A DNA stretch of 64,000 nt from Oligoflexales bacterium (GCA_965226195.1 OZ245333.1:2152275-2216274), one strand, 5' to 3'. Positions 37,532-47,089 are shown, counted from the stretch's first letter. Translations and numbers: made by a program. The notes: a model not told the origin generated them from the letters alone.

Positions 37532-38612
37532 ATGACGAAGCGGCAACAACGTATCGTGCGTAAACAACGCCGCAAGCCCAACAAAGCTCGCCAATCTTAC
37601 CCCCCACGACAGCCTTTTCAAGAAAGTTTTCAAACGCCCTGAATACTGTCGTTCTTTGTTACAAGTTCTGCTCAGACCCAGCTTCTATGTCATCTTCGAC
37701 TGGTCGTTGCTGAAAATTAGTGAGAGCATAACGACAGGAGCGAAGGGGGAGGAGCGCAGAGCTGACATCGTGCTGGAAGTGCCCTTGTTGAACTCGAAAT
37801 TCCGTGTCATCATCACGATAATCTTGGAGCACAAGAGCTACCGCGACAACAATGCCATCCTTCAGATGCTGGGTTACTACAACGAGATCGCACAGGAAAC
37901 GGGTGGCATAATTCTTCCAATAATTGTAACCTGTTGCAAGGATAAACAGGCATCTATCTCTTCCGACTACCTCAGCTGGGCACTGCAACAACAAGGTGCG
38001 CCCGAAGAGTTGAAGAAGCAGTTCAGGAATTTGCCCAATTTTCACTGTCTAGTAGTGAACTTACACGACCTGTCCTATCGTCGCATGCGGCGAGGAGGCG
38101 AGGCGGTAAGTTTGGCACTATTCGGGATGCGTAACTACTGGGACATGGACGAAGAGGTAGTGGTTAAGATTCTTGAAAAGGCACACCTTCTGCCGCAGCA
38201 GGAGAGGGAATTTGTGTTGAGTGTGCTAATGGATTACTATGAATGTGCCGATAAAGGGTATGGCAGGAAGTGGTTTGCAAGAGTTGAGCGCAAACGGTTT
38301 CCACATCTTAAGGAGGAGGAGAGACTAGTGCCGACGATGGAATTTGGCTTTGACAGGGCGAAGCAACAAGGCATGCGGCAAGGCATGCGCAAGGGCAAGC
38401 AACTCGGCATCGAGCGGGGCAAGCAACTCGGCATCGAGCGGGGCAAGCAACTCGGCATCGAGCGGGGCAAGCAACTCGGCATCGAGCAGGGCAAGCTGGA
38501 AATGGTTAAGCGTTTCTTGCAGGCTGGGTTCGATGAGCAGGACATCTGTAAGGCCGCGCAGCTCTCAAAACAGCAGTTGACACAGATTAAGCGCAATCTC
38601 AATCAGGATTAG
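37532..38612 (+). pseudogene. Rpn (YhgA-like) PD-(D/E)XK recombination-promoting nuclease, N-terminus out of frame at a C6 tract
   Basis: The ORF track starts at TTG 37656. The same frame upstream encodes the canonical Rpn N-terminal motif HDSLFKKVFKRPEY with no start codon. An ATG at 37532 (MTKRQQRIVRKQRRKPNKARQSY) is in another frame and joins if the C6 run at 37600..37605 loses one C. The core motif is RADIVLEV...IITIILEHKS. Confidence 0.7.
38394..38489 (+). repeat. Perfect in-frame tandem repeat, 24 bp x4, inside the Rpn gene
   Basis: The unit ggcaagcaactcggcatcgagcgg occurs four times, with gcag in the last unit. It encodes GKQLGIER x3 plus GKQLGIEQ and is preceded by a degenerate KQQGMRQGMRK. 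Confidence 0.95.
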
Positions 38613-38865
38613 GCACGGTTGGCTAGATCTAGAGCGCATAGCCATCACTTCATATCAATCTTGAACTTCCGTCGCTATACACACCTGTTCGACAAAGTGT
38701 TGAGATGCGCATAATAGCATCGGTGTTGCTTGCTTTTCTGACAAATACAAGCACAAGAATTTCAGTGTACTGCAGCAGACGTTTGACAGACGAAATACCC
38801 ATCATCTGAACCAGCTTCTAAATCCGCGAGCCTTGCCTTGATACAGGGGTTGGTTTGGATACGGG

Positions 38866-39258
38866 CACAGTGCTCGTGCTACACACAAGCTTGTATTGTC
38901 TGCAGAAGTTTACAAGGGGGCGATGGGTAGAGCTAGAAAGCGGACAAAGAGCCGCGCAGCTGCAAACCATTTCACGCACATGTTTCAGCAGAGTCATGGT
39001 GCAGCATGATGATCATCCCTGTCCCAAACTAAAGTCAGCGAACAGCAGGGAGTGGGGCTAGAAAGCGGCAAAGAGCCGCGCAAAGCGGGGAGGGGAACGC
39101 TCCCCACATAAAAATGCTATGATAACAGCATGTTATAATCAACGGAACTTATGCAACAAAGCCAGGGACGCTCCCCATATATAAACAAAGCATGGTGCAG
39201 CAGGATGATCATCCCTGTCCCAAACTAAAGTCAGCGAACAGCAGGGAGTGGAGCTAGA
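38866..39258 (-). repeat. R2 module copies (one long, one partial) with the 77-bp module between them
   Basis: 38866..39060 and 39186..39258 share catggtgcagca.gatgatcatccctgtcccaaactaaagtcagcgaacagcagggagtgg.gctagaaag. 39087..39163 is the near-identical partner of 31446..31522. Confidence 0.75.
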
Positions 39259-39415
39259 AAGTAAGCAATACTTTTGTGTTTCTTGTAAGATATTTTTGTG
39301 TGATAGTGCGTGTCGTGTGAGGGTGTTCGGGGGTTGAGCAGTGCGTGTCCTAGTCTCGGTGGTTGAAGGGAGCTAGCAAGCGGCAAGCAGCAGTCAGTTT
39401 TATGGAGGGAGATAG

Positions 39416-40279
39416 GTGCAGGCAGATAGTGTTCTAGTCTCGGTGGTTGAGGGCAACCGCCAGTATCTTGATGGCGGGGCGATGTTTGGCAATGTACCGC
39501 GGGTGGTGTGGTCGAAGTGGTGTCCGCCCGACGAGTTGGGTCGGATTGAGTTGGCGACCCGCGGCTTGCTGATTGAATGTGGCGACACGAAGATGTTGTG
39601 CGAGGTTGGCATCGGTAATTTTTTCGAGCCGCGGCTGGCACAACGTTACGGTGTCTGTGATCCCGATGAGAACAAGCTGCTCACTAACCTTGACGCGCTC
39701 GGCGTGGCCGCGGCCGACATCGACTATGTTATCCTCTCGCATCTGCACTTCGATCATGTCGGCGGTCTGTTGGCAGAGGACGGCTCGCTCAATTTTCCCC
39801 GTGCCCGCTACGTTGTCGGTAGCAAAGCACTGGCACGTGCCGCCGCCCCGCATCCAAGGGATCGAGCTTCCTTCATCGATGGTATGATTGACAAACTCGA
39901 AGCCAGTGGCAGACTAATGAAGGTGAACAGCGAACGGCTTGAGGGCGTACTGGAGGAGCGGTTAGGGTTTATCTTCAGCGATGGGCACACGCCCGGTCAG
40001 ATGCATACTGTCTTTCGTGGCCAGCAGCGCAAAATTTTCTTCGCCGGCGACCTCATCCCCGGCGTGGCATGGGTGCATTTGCCGATTACCGCAGGCTACG
40101 ATCGTTTTGCCGAGTTGGTCATCGACGAAAAACGCCAGCTCTACGATAAAGTAGTCGCCGAAGGCTGGCTCATCTTTTATATGCACGACCCGCGCGTCAT
40201 CGCCTCACAGGTGCAGTATGAACAGAACCGCTACGTGGCAAGCGAACCACTGACGGAGTTGCAGCGGTATGAGTTGTAA
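39416..40279 (+). CDS. MBL-fold metallo-hydrolase
   Basis: It has a GTG start with RBS GGAGGGA and the HxHxDH motif SHLHFDHVGG. Confidence 0.8.
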   Translation: MQADSVLVSVVEGNRQYLDGGAMFGNVPRVVWSKWCPPDELGRIELATRGLLIECGDTKMLCEVGIGNFFEPRLAQRYGVCDPDENKLLTNLDALGVAAADIDYVILSHLHFDHVGGLLAEDGSLNFPRARYVVGSKALARAAAPHPRDRASFIDGMIDKLEASGRLMKVNSERLEGVLEERLGFIFSDGHTPGQMHTVFRGQQRKIFFAGDLIPGVAWVHLPITAGYDRFAELVIDEKRQLYDKVVAEGWLIFYMHDPRVIASQVQYEQNRYVASEPLTELQRYEL

Positions 40280-40300
40280 TTATTTATCGTAAGGTAAAAT

Positions 40301-40870
40301 TTGGCAAAAAATATAATTTTAGTTGGAGAATCTGGTGCAGGTAAATCTAGTGTTGCGCCTTTATTGGCACATTTGCTGGGTTATGGGGTGGTCGATACCG
40401 ATGCCTGCATCGTGCGTGAGCAGCAGCAAAAAATTGCCGCGCTGTTCTTGCTCCATGGCGAGGAACACTTCCGTGAACTGGAGGTAAAGCTGCTCGATGA
40501 ACTGAGCGGAGTCAAGCACTGCGTCATCGCCACTGGCGGTGGTTTGCCCTGTCACAGTGATAACTGGCTCAAGTTGGCATACATGGGCGTGACCGTGCAT
40601 CTGACTGCCACGCCGCGGGGCATCTGCCAGCGTCTGCTGTCCGATCGGGAGCTGTTGAAGGACAGTCCCCTGTTGAGTCCCGCGCTTGAGGGCAGCAGCG
40701 ACGAAGAAATTCTGTTAAAATTAATGGATAGGGTGGAAAAAACTCGTGCCGTGCGTTCAGAATTTTTTGCAAAAGCCGACATAACTATCGACAGTGGTGG
40801 CTCGACGATCGAGTTTTGTGCACTGATGGTCAAAAGTGCAATTGCACAGAGGCGTGATGCAGGCAGATAA
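40301..40870 (+). CDS. aroK: Shikimate kinase
   Basis: It has a TTG start, the P-loop LVGESGAGKSSV, DTDACIVREQQQKIAALF and VIATGGG. Confidence 0.85.
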   Translation: MAKNIILVGESGAGKSSVAPLLAHLLGYGVVDTDACIVREQQQKIAALFLLHGEEHFRELEVKLLDELSGVKHCVIATGGGLPCHSDNWLKLAYMGVTVHLTATPRGICQRLLSDRELLKDSPLLSPALEGSSDEEILLKLMDRVEKTRAVRSEFFAKADITIDSGGSTIEFCALMVKSAIAQRRDAGR

Positions 40871-41813
40871 AAGTTTTGAAAAACTCAAAAACCTGCCTTG
40901 GAAGGCACTTGCATGGGTAGTTGGCAGTAGTTTCGTGTGTGCGACCGCACTGTCGATGAGTGCCGCGTGGTTGTTTTTTCCTGAAGCAAAAAGCCGCAGC
41001 AACAATGCCGCGGGCAACTTCGCCCTACAGGAGAACACCCAGAGCCTGAACAACGATGACGTGAACAAAATTATGCAGCGTAACCTCTTTCAGGCTGAGG
41101 GGCTTGATACTTTCGGTGAAGGCAAGGACGGTAACAATGCACCAGTGGCAGAGGTAATCAAGTCAAATTTGCCGCTGAAGTTGACAGGCACAATCTACTC
41201 TGGCGACCCGCTGAACGGCATCGCTATTGTTGAATTCACAGGTAAGAAGAGCAAGACGGGCAGTTTCATGAACGGCGATCTGGTTGTCGGGCGAGCGATG
41301 CTGAAGGAAGTCCACAAGGAGAAGATAATTCTCGATAACGGCGGGCAGCTGGAATACATCGAGATCGACCAGAAGGAACTGGTCAGGACACGGCGCAAAG
41401 TCTCGAAGCAGCGTGCCAAACACAAGTACACAGCGATAACCACCGCACCCGCGGCGAAGGAGTTCCGTGAGGAGGGCTTTGAGCGCACGGGTGGCGATAT
41501 CAACATGTCCAAAGACTACAAGACACGGCTGCTGGGGCCTGACTTCACTAAAGTCTTACAGGATGCCAAAGCTTCTCCCAACATCGTCGGGGGCAAGTTG
41601 CGTGGTTTCCAGCTCAGCCGTATTCGTGAAAATTCTATCTACCAGAAATCAGGCTTGCAAAACGGCGATGTCGTGGAGGAGATCAACGGTATTTTGCTGA
41701 CCGATACTGCGCAGGCGATCAAGCTGTTGAATTCGCTGCGCAACGAGTCGGAGATTGAGATACGAATAGTGCGTGGCGGTAAACCGATAAACTTCGTCAT
41801 TAATGTGCAGTGA
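40857..41813 (+). CDS. gspC: Type II secretion system protein GspC (TM anchor, HR domain, PDZ)
   Basis: It has a TM helix (ALAWVVGSSFVCATALSMSAAWLFF), an HR-like block (LKLTGTIYSGDPLNGIAIVEF...VVGRAMLKEVHKEKIILDNGGQLEYIEI) and a PDZ domain (GLQNGDVVEEINGILL). Its start overlaps the aroK end. Confidence 0.75.
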   Translation: MQADKSFEKLKNLPWKALAWVVGSSFVCATALSMSAAWLFFPEAKSRSNNAAGNFALQENTQSLNNDDVNKIMQRNLFQAEGLDTFGEGKDGNNAPVAEVIKSNLPLKLTGTIYSGDPLNGIAIVEFTGKKSKTGSFMNGDLVVGRAMLKEVHKEKIILDNGGQLEYIEIDQKELVRTRRKVSKQRAKHKYTAITTAPAAKEFREEGFERTGGDINMSKDYKTRLLGPDFTKVLQDAKASPNIVGGKLRGFQLSRIRENSIYQKSGLQNGDVVEEINGILLTDTAQAIKLLNSLRNESEIEIRIVRGGKPINFVINVQ

Positions 41814-42769
41814 ACATCGACTTGAAAAAAATTCGCAATTGGTTTTCGGGCGAACGCCTTAAGGTGCTGGTGCGGTTATTTTTTACCGTGTTGGCTGCGT
41901 GGCTCGTGGCGACAATCTTTGCCTCGTTAAGCGCACATTTTCTAATGGGTAAAGGTTTCTTTAGCGGCCGGGCATCGGGACACAGCAAGAACAGCGCACA
42001 GGTAGATATGGCGAAGAAACTCAACTACCGCGATGTGCGCAAGGCAGTGCTCAAACGCAATATCTTCAACTCGACGGGCGAAGTTCCCGACCAAAAGGAA
42101 CTTGCCGACGACGCAGCACAGGAGCGAACACTAGCAGGGCAGTGCAATAAGCCCACGCTTAAGGTCAAGGTAGTGGGCACGATCTATCTCGGCGGCGATA
42201 ATTCGGTCGTTTCGGTGCGGGAGGCAAGTTATTCACAGTCCGATACCTATCGTGTCGGTGACAAAATTATCGGCTACGAAGACGTGAGGATTGTCGCAAT
42301 CGAGCGTGAGCAGATGATCGTCGATAACGGTGGTAGCCGCGAGTGTTACAAAATCGAAAAATCAGCTAAGGTTGCCAGTCGCACTACAGGTTTTAAGCCC
42401 AACCAGAAGAAAGCCAAGTCTAAAGAGAGCAGCGGGGGCGGCAGCGGCGGAGCGATAGCACTTGACAGTGCTTGGGTTGAGGCACAGCTGGGGCCTGGTT
42501 TTAGTCAGGTACTCAAGTCGGCAAGACTTGTCCCCAACCTCGACGGCGAAAGTATTAATGGGTTCAAGATATTTGCCATCAAAAAGGGCACGCTGTTCAA
42601 TAAAATCGGCTTGCAGAACGGCGATATTATCCAGAAGGTCAACGATACTAGTTTGGAGCAAGCTGAGCATGGTTTTGCCCTGTATCAGACATTTCAGGAA
42701 GATCAGGAGATTGTTTTCAACATTATGCGTAAAAATAAACCGCAAACGATCAGTGTCGTGATAAAATGA
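41810..42769 (+). CDS. Second GspC-like protein (TM anchor, HR domain, PDZ), tandem paralog
   Basis: It has the same architecture: LKVKVVGTIYLGGDNSVVSV...IVAIEREQMIVDNGGSRECYKIE and a PDZ domain (GLQNGDIIQKVNDTSL). Its GTG start overlaps the upstream stop. Confidence 0.7.
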   Translation: MNIDLKKIRNWFSGERLKVLVRLFFTVLAAWLVATIFASLSAHFLMGKGFFSGRASGHSKNSAQVDMAKKLNYRDVRKAVLKRNIFNSTGEVPDQKELADDAAQERTLAGQCNKPTLKVKVVGTIYLGGDNSVVSVREASYSQSDTYRVGDKIIGYEDVRIVAIEREQMIVDNGGSRECYKIEKSAKVASRTTGFKPNQKKAKSKESSGGGSGGAIALDSAWVEAQLGPGFSQVLKSARLVPNLDGESINGFKIFAIKKGTLFNKIGLQNGDIIQKVNDTSLEQAEHGFALYQTFQEDQEIVFNIMRKNKPQTISVVIK

Positions 42770-42775
42770 CGGGGG

Positions 42776-45193
42776 GTGAGTGGCTTTATGATAATTACTA
42801 GATTTTTTTTAGCAGCACTGTTGTTGTTCGTTCCTTGTGCGCAGCTCTATGCCGAAGAGCCGCCGATGGCAACGGTCGAAATCGAAGACGATGGCGAGCC
42901 ACGCGGGGCTGAGGCGCTGCCGCAGGGTGAAGATCTGGTCAACATCGATTTTCCAGAACCAACCGAAATCAAGGACATCATCAAGGCGGTAGCACTCTGG
43001 ACTGGCAAAAACGTCATCCTCGATCGGCAGGTGACGGGCAAAGTGCAGATCATCTCGCCGCGCAAGGTTACGAAAGAAGAAGCTTACCAAGCTTTCCTGT
43101 CAGCGTTGAACATTCTTGGCTTGACCACCGTCGAGACGGGACGGGTAATCAAGATTATGCCCATTCGCACCGCGGTGAAGGGCAATCTAAAGACCTATCT
43201 CGGTGCAAAATGGACACCACGCACCGATGAAATAATTACCCAGATGGTGCCGCTGCGCTACATCAACGCCAAGAGTATCCAGACCACGCTGTCGCGCATC
43301 GTCTCGTCCAACTCAATGGTTGCCTACGAGCCAACCAACACCTTGATTATCAGCGACACTGGCTACAAAGTGCGGCGGGTGCTAGACATCGTCAACCTGC
43401 TCGACGTGCAGACACAACAGCCGCGGCTAGAGATTATTCCGATACGTTTTTCCGATGCCAAATCGGTAGCAGAAAAAGTGCGCCAGTTGGTGACAGGCTC
43501 GTCACGCAGCAAACGACTGCGCAGATCTAGCTCGCAAGAATACAAAATTCTCGTCGATGAACGTTCCAACTCGGTAATTATTTTCGGCCCGCCCCGCACG
43601 ATCAAAGACGTGAAGGAAATGGTCAAGAAATTCGACATCGAACTAGACGATCCTTCGCGGCAAGCAACAATTCACGTGCGCCCGCTCGATTATGCTGATG
43701 CCAAAATACTGGCGGGCACATTGTCGGCGCTGACAGGACGAAGCAGGCGGTCAACACGCCGCGTACCGAGCAAGACTCGCACTTCGCTGGCAGTAGTGGC
43801 ACAACTCGACGATAACGTCAAAATTACTGCTTACGAGCCGTCTAATTCCCTGCTGATTACTGGTAGCCGGAGCGCATATCAGGCACTGAACTCCATTATC
43901 CGCAAACTCGACATGCGCCGCAGCCAAGTCTATGTCGAAGCCGACATTCTCGACATCAACATTGAGGACTCGCTCGTCGCGGGCATGAGCATCTTCGGTG
44001 GAGTCGGCAAGAGCGAAGGTACAAAAATCATCGGCACGTGGGAAGGAGCGGGAGCAACCAGCCTTGCCATTGGCGGAGCATTGGCAAATAGCAGTGGTGA
44101 AGAAGGCACTGCCGCGCTGGGCGAACTGGCCAAGCTGAAAGACACCTTCTCTAAAAACCTGACCATCGGCATCCTGTCAGGCACAAAGGTCAACGTGCCG
44201 GGCTTGGGTGAGATTTCACCAGCAGCACTGATAAGCTTGATCAAAAGCGATGCCAATACCAAAATTCTCGCGACACCGCAGATTCTTACCTCTAACAACG
44301 AAGTTGCTAAGATCAGCAGTGGTGAGACACGCTTGTTCACCACGACCAGTACTAATCCTGTGACAGGGGCTGATGTACAAAAACTTGAAAAAGAAAATGC
44401 CAACCTCAGTCTCAAGATCAAACCAAATATCAGCCACTCCAACTACGTGACCCTAAAGATCGATCTCGAAGCTAACACCTTCGGCACACGCATTTCCCAG
44501 CAAGGTTTGCCTAACATCAACAAACGCCAAACCTCGCAGCTGGTGACAGTTAAAAACGGCCAAACCGTCGTTATCTCTGGGCTTATGAAAACCCGCGAGA
44601 TCGAAACTTTCCAAAAAGTGCCGCTGTTTGGCGACATTCCAGTTATTGGTTGGTTATTTCGCAACAGCACTTTGAACAACGTCAAGACCAGATTGGTAAT
44701 TTTTCTCAAGCCACACATCGTGCATAATGCAGGAGATCTGGCGGAAATTTATCGCCGCAAAATCAAGGAGCGTGATATTTTTCTTGACTCTGTCGGCGAA
44801 GATACCGATCCTGATGGTGATTTCTACTCACTGCTGCCAAGACTTGAGGAAGGCGAGTATCATTCCGATACAGTAGACGAGATGGAACGGCGTAAGCTGG
44901 AGGAGATGCGGCGTGAGCTGTATGAGATAATTCGGGACGAAAGCAACAGCGGTTATCCCTTGCGCTTAGCACCAGAAGAACCGCAAGTTGTTGAGCCACC
45001 AGTTGTTGAGCCACCAGAAGAACCACCAGTTGTTGAACCGCAAGTTGTTGAGCCACCAGCTGAGCCAGCAGCAGAGGAAGATGACACAGCAACTGAGGCT
45101 GAAGATAAAAACGAGGCAGAGAAAGCACCAGCAGGTGCGGCTGCTGCGACAGGCACAGATGATACTAAGCCGCAGACGCGGCCCGTGCCATAA
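42776..45193 (+). CDS. gspD: Type II secretion system secretin GspD with a Pro/Glu-rich C-terminal tail
   Basis: It has N0-N3-like repeats and the secretin hallmark KVPLFGDIPVIGWLFR. The tail reads EEPQVVEPPVVEPPEEPPVVEPQVVEPPAEPAAEEDD. Confidence 0.95.
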   Translation: MSGFMIITRFFLAALLLFVPCAQLYAEEPPMATVEIEDDGEPRGAEALPQGEDLVNIDFPEPTEIKDIIKAVALWTGKNVILDRQVTGKVQIISPRKVTKEEAYQAFLSALNILGLTTVETGRVIKIMPIRTAVKGNLKTYLGAKWTPRTDEIITQMVPLRYINAKSIQTTLSRIVSSNSMVAYEPTNTLIISDTGYKVRRVLDIVNLLDVQTQQPRLEIIPIRFSDAKSVAEKVRQLVTGSSRSKRLRRSSSQEYKILVDERSNSVIIFGPPRTIKDVKEMVKKFDIELDDPSRQATIHVRPLDYADAKILAGTLSALTGRSRRSTRRVPSKTRTSLAVVAQLDDNVKITAYEPSNSLLITGSRSAYQALNSIIRKLDMRRSQVYVEADILDINIEDSLVAGMSIFGGVGKSEGTKIIGTWEGAGATSLAIGGALANSSGEEGTAALGELAKLKDTFSKNLTIGILSGTKVNVPGLGEISPAALISLIKSDANTKILATPQILTSNNEVAKISSGETRLFTTTSTNPVTGADVQKLEKENANLSLKIKPNISHSNYVTLKIDLEANTFGTRISQQGLPNINKRQTSQLVTVKNGQTVVISGLMKTREIETFQKVPLFGDIPVIGWLFRNSTLNNVKTRLVIFLKPHIVHNAGDLAEIYRRKIKERDIFLDSVGEDTDPDGDFYSLLPRLEEGEYHSDTVDEMERRKLEEMRRELYEIIRDESNSGYPLRLAPEEPQVVEPPVVEPPEEPPVVEPQVVEPPAEPAAEEDDTATEAEDKNEAEKAPAGAAAATGTDDTKPQTRPVP

Positions 45194-45210
45194 AGTTAGG
45201 GAGGAGAGCT

Positions 45211-47070
45211 ATGCCCACATCGGTGAGCGAAAAAACATCGGCCGCGGTGCCAAACGAAGCGGAAGCAGGTGGTGCGCCAGATACGGGCGGCAAGCAAGAC
45301 GCAGCCAGCCCCCCTAAATGGCACAGTTTGCCCACTGCACCGTTTCGCAAAATTCAACGCAAGAGTCTTGGTGAGATTCTGCTCGAATCGACTGCTATCA
45401 CCGAAGAGCAGCTCAGCGAAGCGTTGAAAAGCCAAGAAATGGATTTAAAAAGCCAAAAAATAGGTCAAATTCTTATCAAAAAAGAATATTTGTCCGAAGA
45501 AGAGATGCTGCGCTCTCTTGCCTTCCAGCTTAGTTTGCCCTACTACGATCGTCTGCCTGTCAACGACATTGACCCTTCACTAGTAGAAAATATTCCGATT
45601 CAATTTTGCCGTGACAACCAACTCCTGCCCATCGCTCGTGATGAATTCAATGTCGGTGTTGCCGTCAGCGACCCGCTCAACATTTTTCCCATCGATGACT
45701 TGCGTTTGATTTTGTCCACCAACATCAACCTGATTGTCTGCTCGCCGACCGTCATTCAAAACAGTATAAACCGCGTCTACGAGCGTTCCAACGATGCATC
45801 GCAAAAAGTTATCGACGAACTCAACTTACCTGAAGGTGGTGAGGACGACTCACTCGAACAAACCCGCGACCTACTCGAATCATCCGATGACGAAAAACCC
45901 ATCATCCGTCTCGTCAACGGTTTGCTTGCCCGTGCCGTTAAAGAACGCGCTTCCGATATTCACATCGAGCCATACGAAAACGACATCATCGTGCGCTTTC
46001 GTGTCGATGGCTCGTTGCAAGACAAGATGCAAGTGCCCAAACGCCACGCAGGTTCGCTTGCTTCACGCATCAAAATCATCGGCAAACTCAACATCGCAGA
46101 AAAACGCGTGCCCCAAGACGGACGCATCAGTATTCGTGTCGCTGGCAAAGACGTTGACGTGCGCCTCTCCGTGCTGCCCACCGCCTACGGCGAGCGTATT
46201 GTCATGCGTCTGCTCGACAAGTCATCAGGAGCAAAGAGCCTCAAACAGATGAACATCTCCGATGACGTGCATTCTATCTGGACTTCGTTGATCGAGAAAA
46301 AACACGGCATTGTCCTCGTCACGGGACCGACGGGCTCAGGTAAAACCACCCTGCTCTATGCCTCAATGATGCATATCAACACCTCCGATATCAACATTCT
46401 AACTATCGAAGACCCAATCGAATACCAACTCGCGGGTGTTGGTCAGATGGAAGTCAAAGAAAAAATTGGCTTGACCTTCAGCGAAGGCCTGCGTTCGATT
46501 CTACGCCAAGATCCAGACGTTATTATGATCGGTGAGATACGCGATGCAGATACCGCTAGCATCGCCGTGCAATCATCATTGACAGGCCACCTCGTGTTCT
46601 CAACCCTGCACACTAACGATGCAGCTTCGACGGTAACACGGCTGATGGATTTTAATATCCAGCCGTTCCAAATTACCTCAGCCCTACTTGGCGTAATGGC
46701 AACTCGACTAGTGCGTAAACTATGCCACTCCTGTCGCGAAGCCTACACGCCAACCAAACAAGACCTGAAAACACTCGGCCGTCTCGCCGACAAAGTTGAT
46801 GGACGTAAACTTTACCGTGCCGGCCCCGGTTGCGAACAATGTCTGAACCAATGCTACCGCGACCGACTCGGTATTCACGAACTGCTCATCATTGATGACA
46901 AAATGCGCCAAACAATTACCGAACATCAAGATGCTAAAATTATTAAAAAAGCTGCGCTAGAAAACGGTATGTTGACCTTGCGCGATTCAGCCCTCGCCAA
47001 AGCTATCGATGGTCTGACCTCGCTCGACGAAGCTATTCAACGCACCCAAACGGATCGTATTGATGATTAA
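45211..47070 (+). CDS. gspE: Type II secretion ATPase GspE
   Basis: It has Walker A GPTGSGKTT, an Asp box, Walker B (DVIMIGEIRD) and a tetracysteine motif (CHSC...CEQC). It also has an MshEN-like N-terminal domain. Confidence 0.95.
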   Translation: MPTSVSEKTSAAVPNEAEAGGAPDTGGKQDAASPPKWHSLPTAPFRKIQRKSLGEILLESTAITEEQLSEALKSQEMDLKSQKIGQILIKKEYLSEEEMLRSLAFQLSLPYYDRLPVNDIDPSLVENIPIQFCRDNQLLPIARDEFNVGVAVSDPLNIFPIDDLRLILSTNINLIVCSPTVIQNSINRVYERSNDASQKVIDELNLPEGGEDDSLEQTRDLLESSDDEKPIIRLVNGLLARAVKERASDIHIEPYENDIIVRFRVDGSLQDKMQVPKRHAGSLASRIKIIGKLNIAEKRVPQDGRISIRVAGKDVDVRLSVLPTAYGERIVMRLLDKSSGAKSLKQMNISDDVHSIWTSLIEKKHGIVLVTGPTGSGKTTLLYASMMHINTSDINILTIEDPIEYQLAGVGQMEVKEKIGLTFSEGLRSILRQDPDVIMIGEIRDADTASIAVQSSLTGHLVFSTLHTNDAASTVTRLMDFNIQPFQITSALLGVMATRLVRKLCHSCREAYTPTKQDLKTLGRLADKVDGRKLYRAGPGCEQCLNQCYRDRLGIHELLIIDDKMRQTITEHQDAKIIKKAALENGMLTLRDSALAKAIDGLTSLDEAIQRTQTDRIDD

Positions 47071-47089
47071 TTAATTTTTTTCAGCTGTT

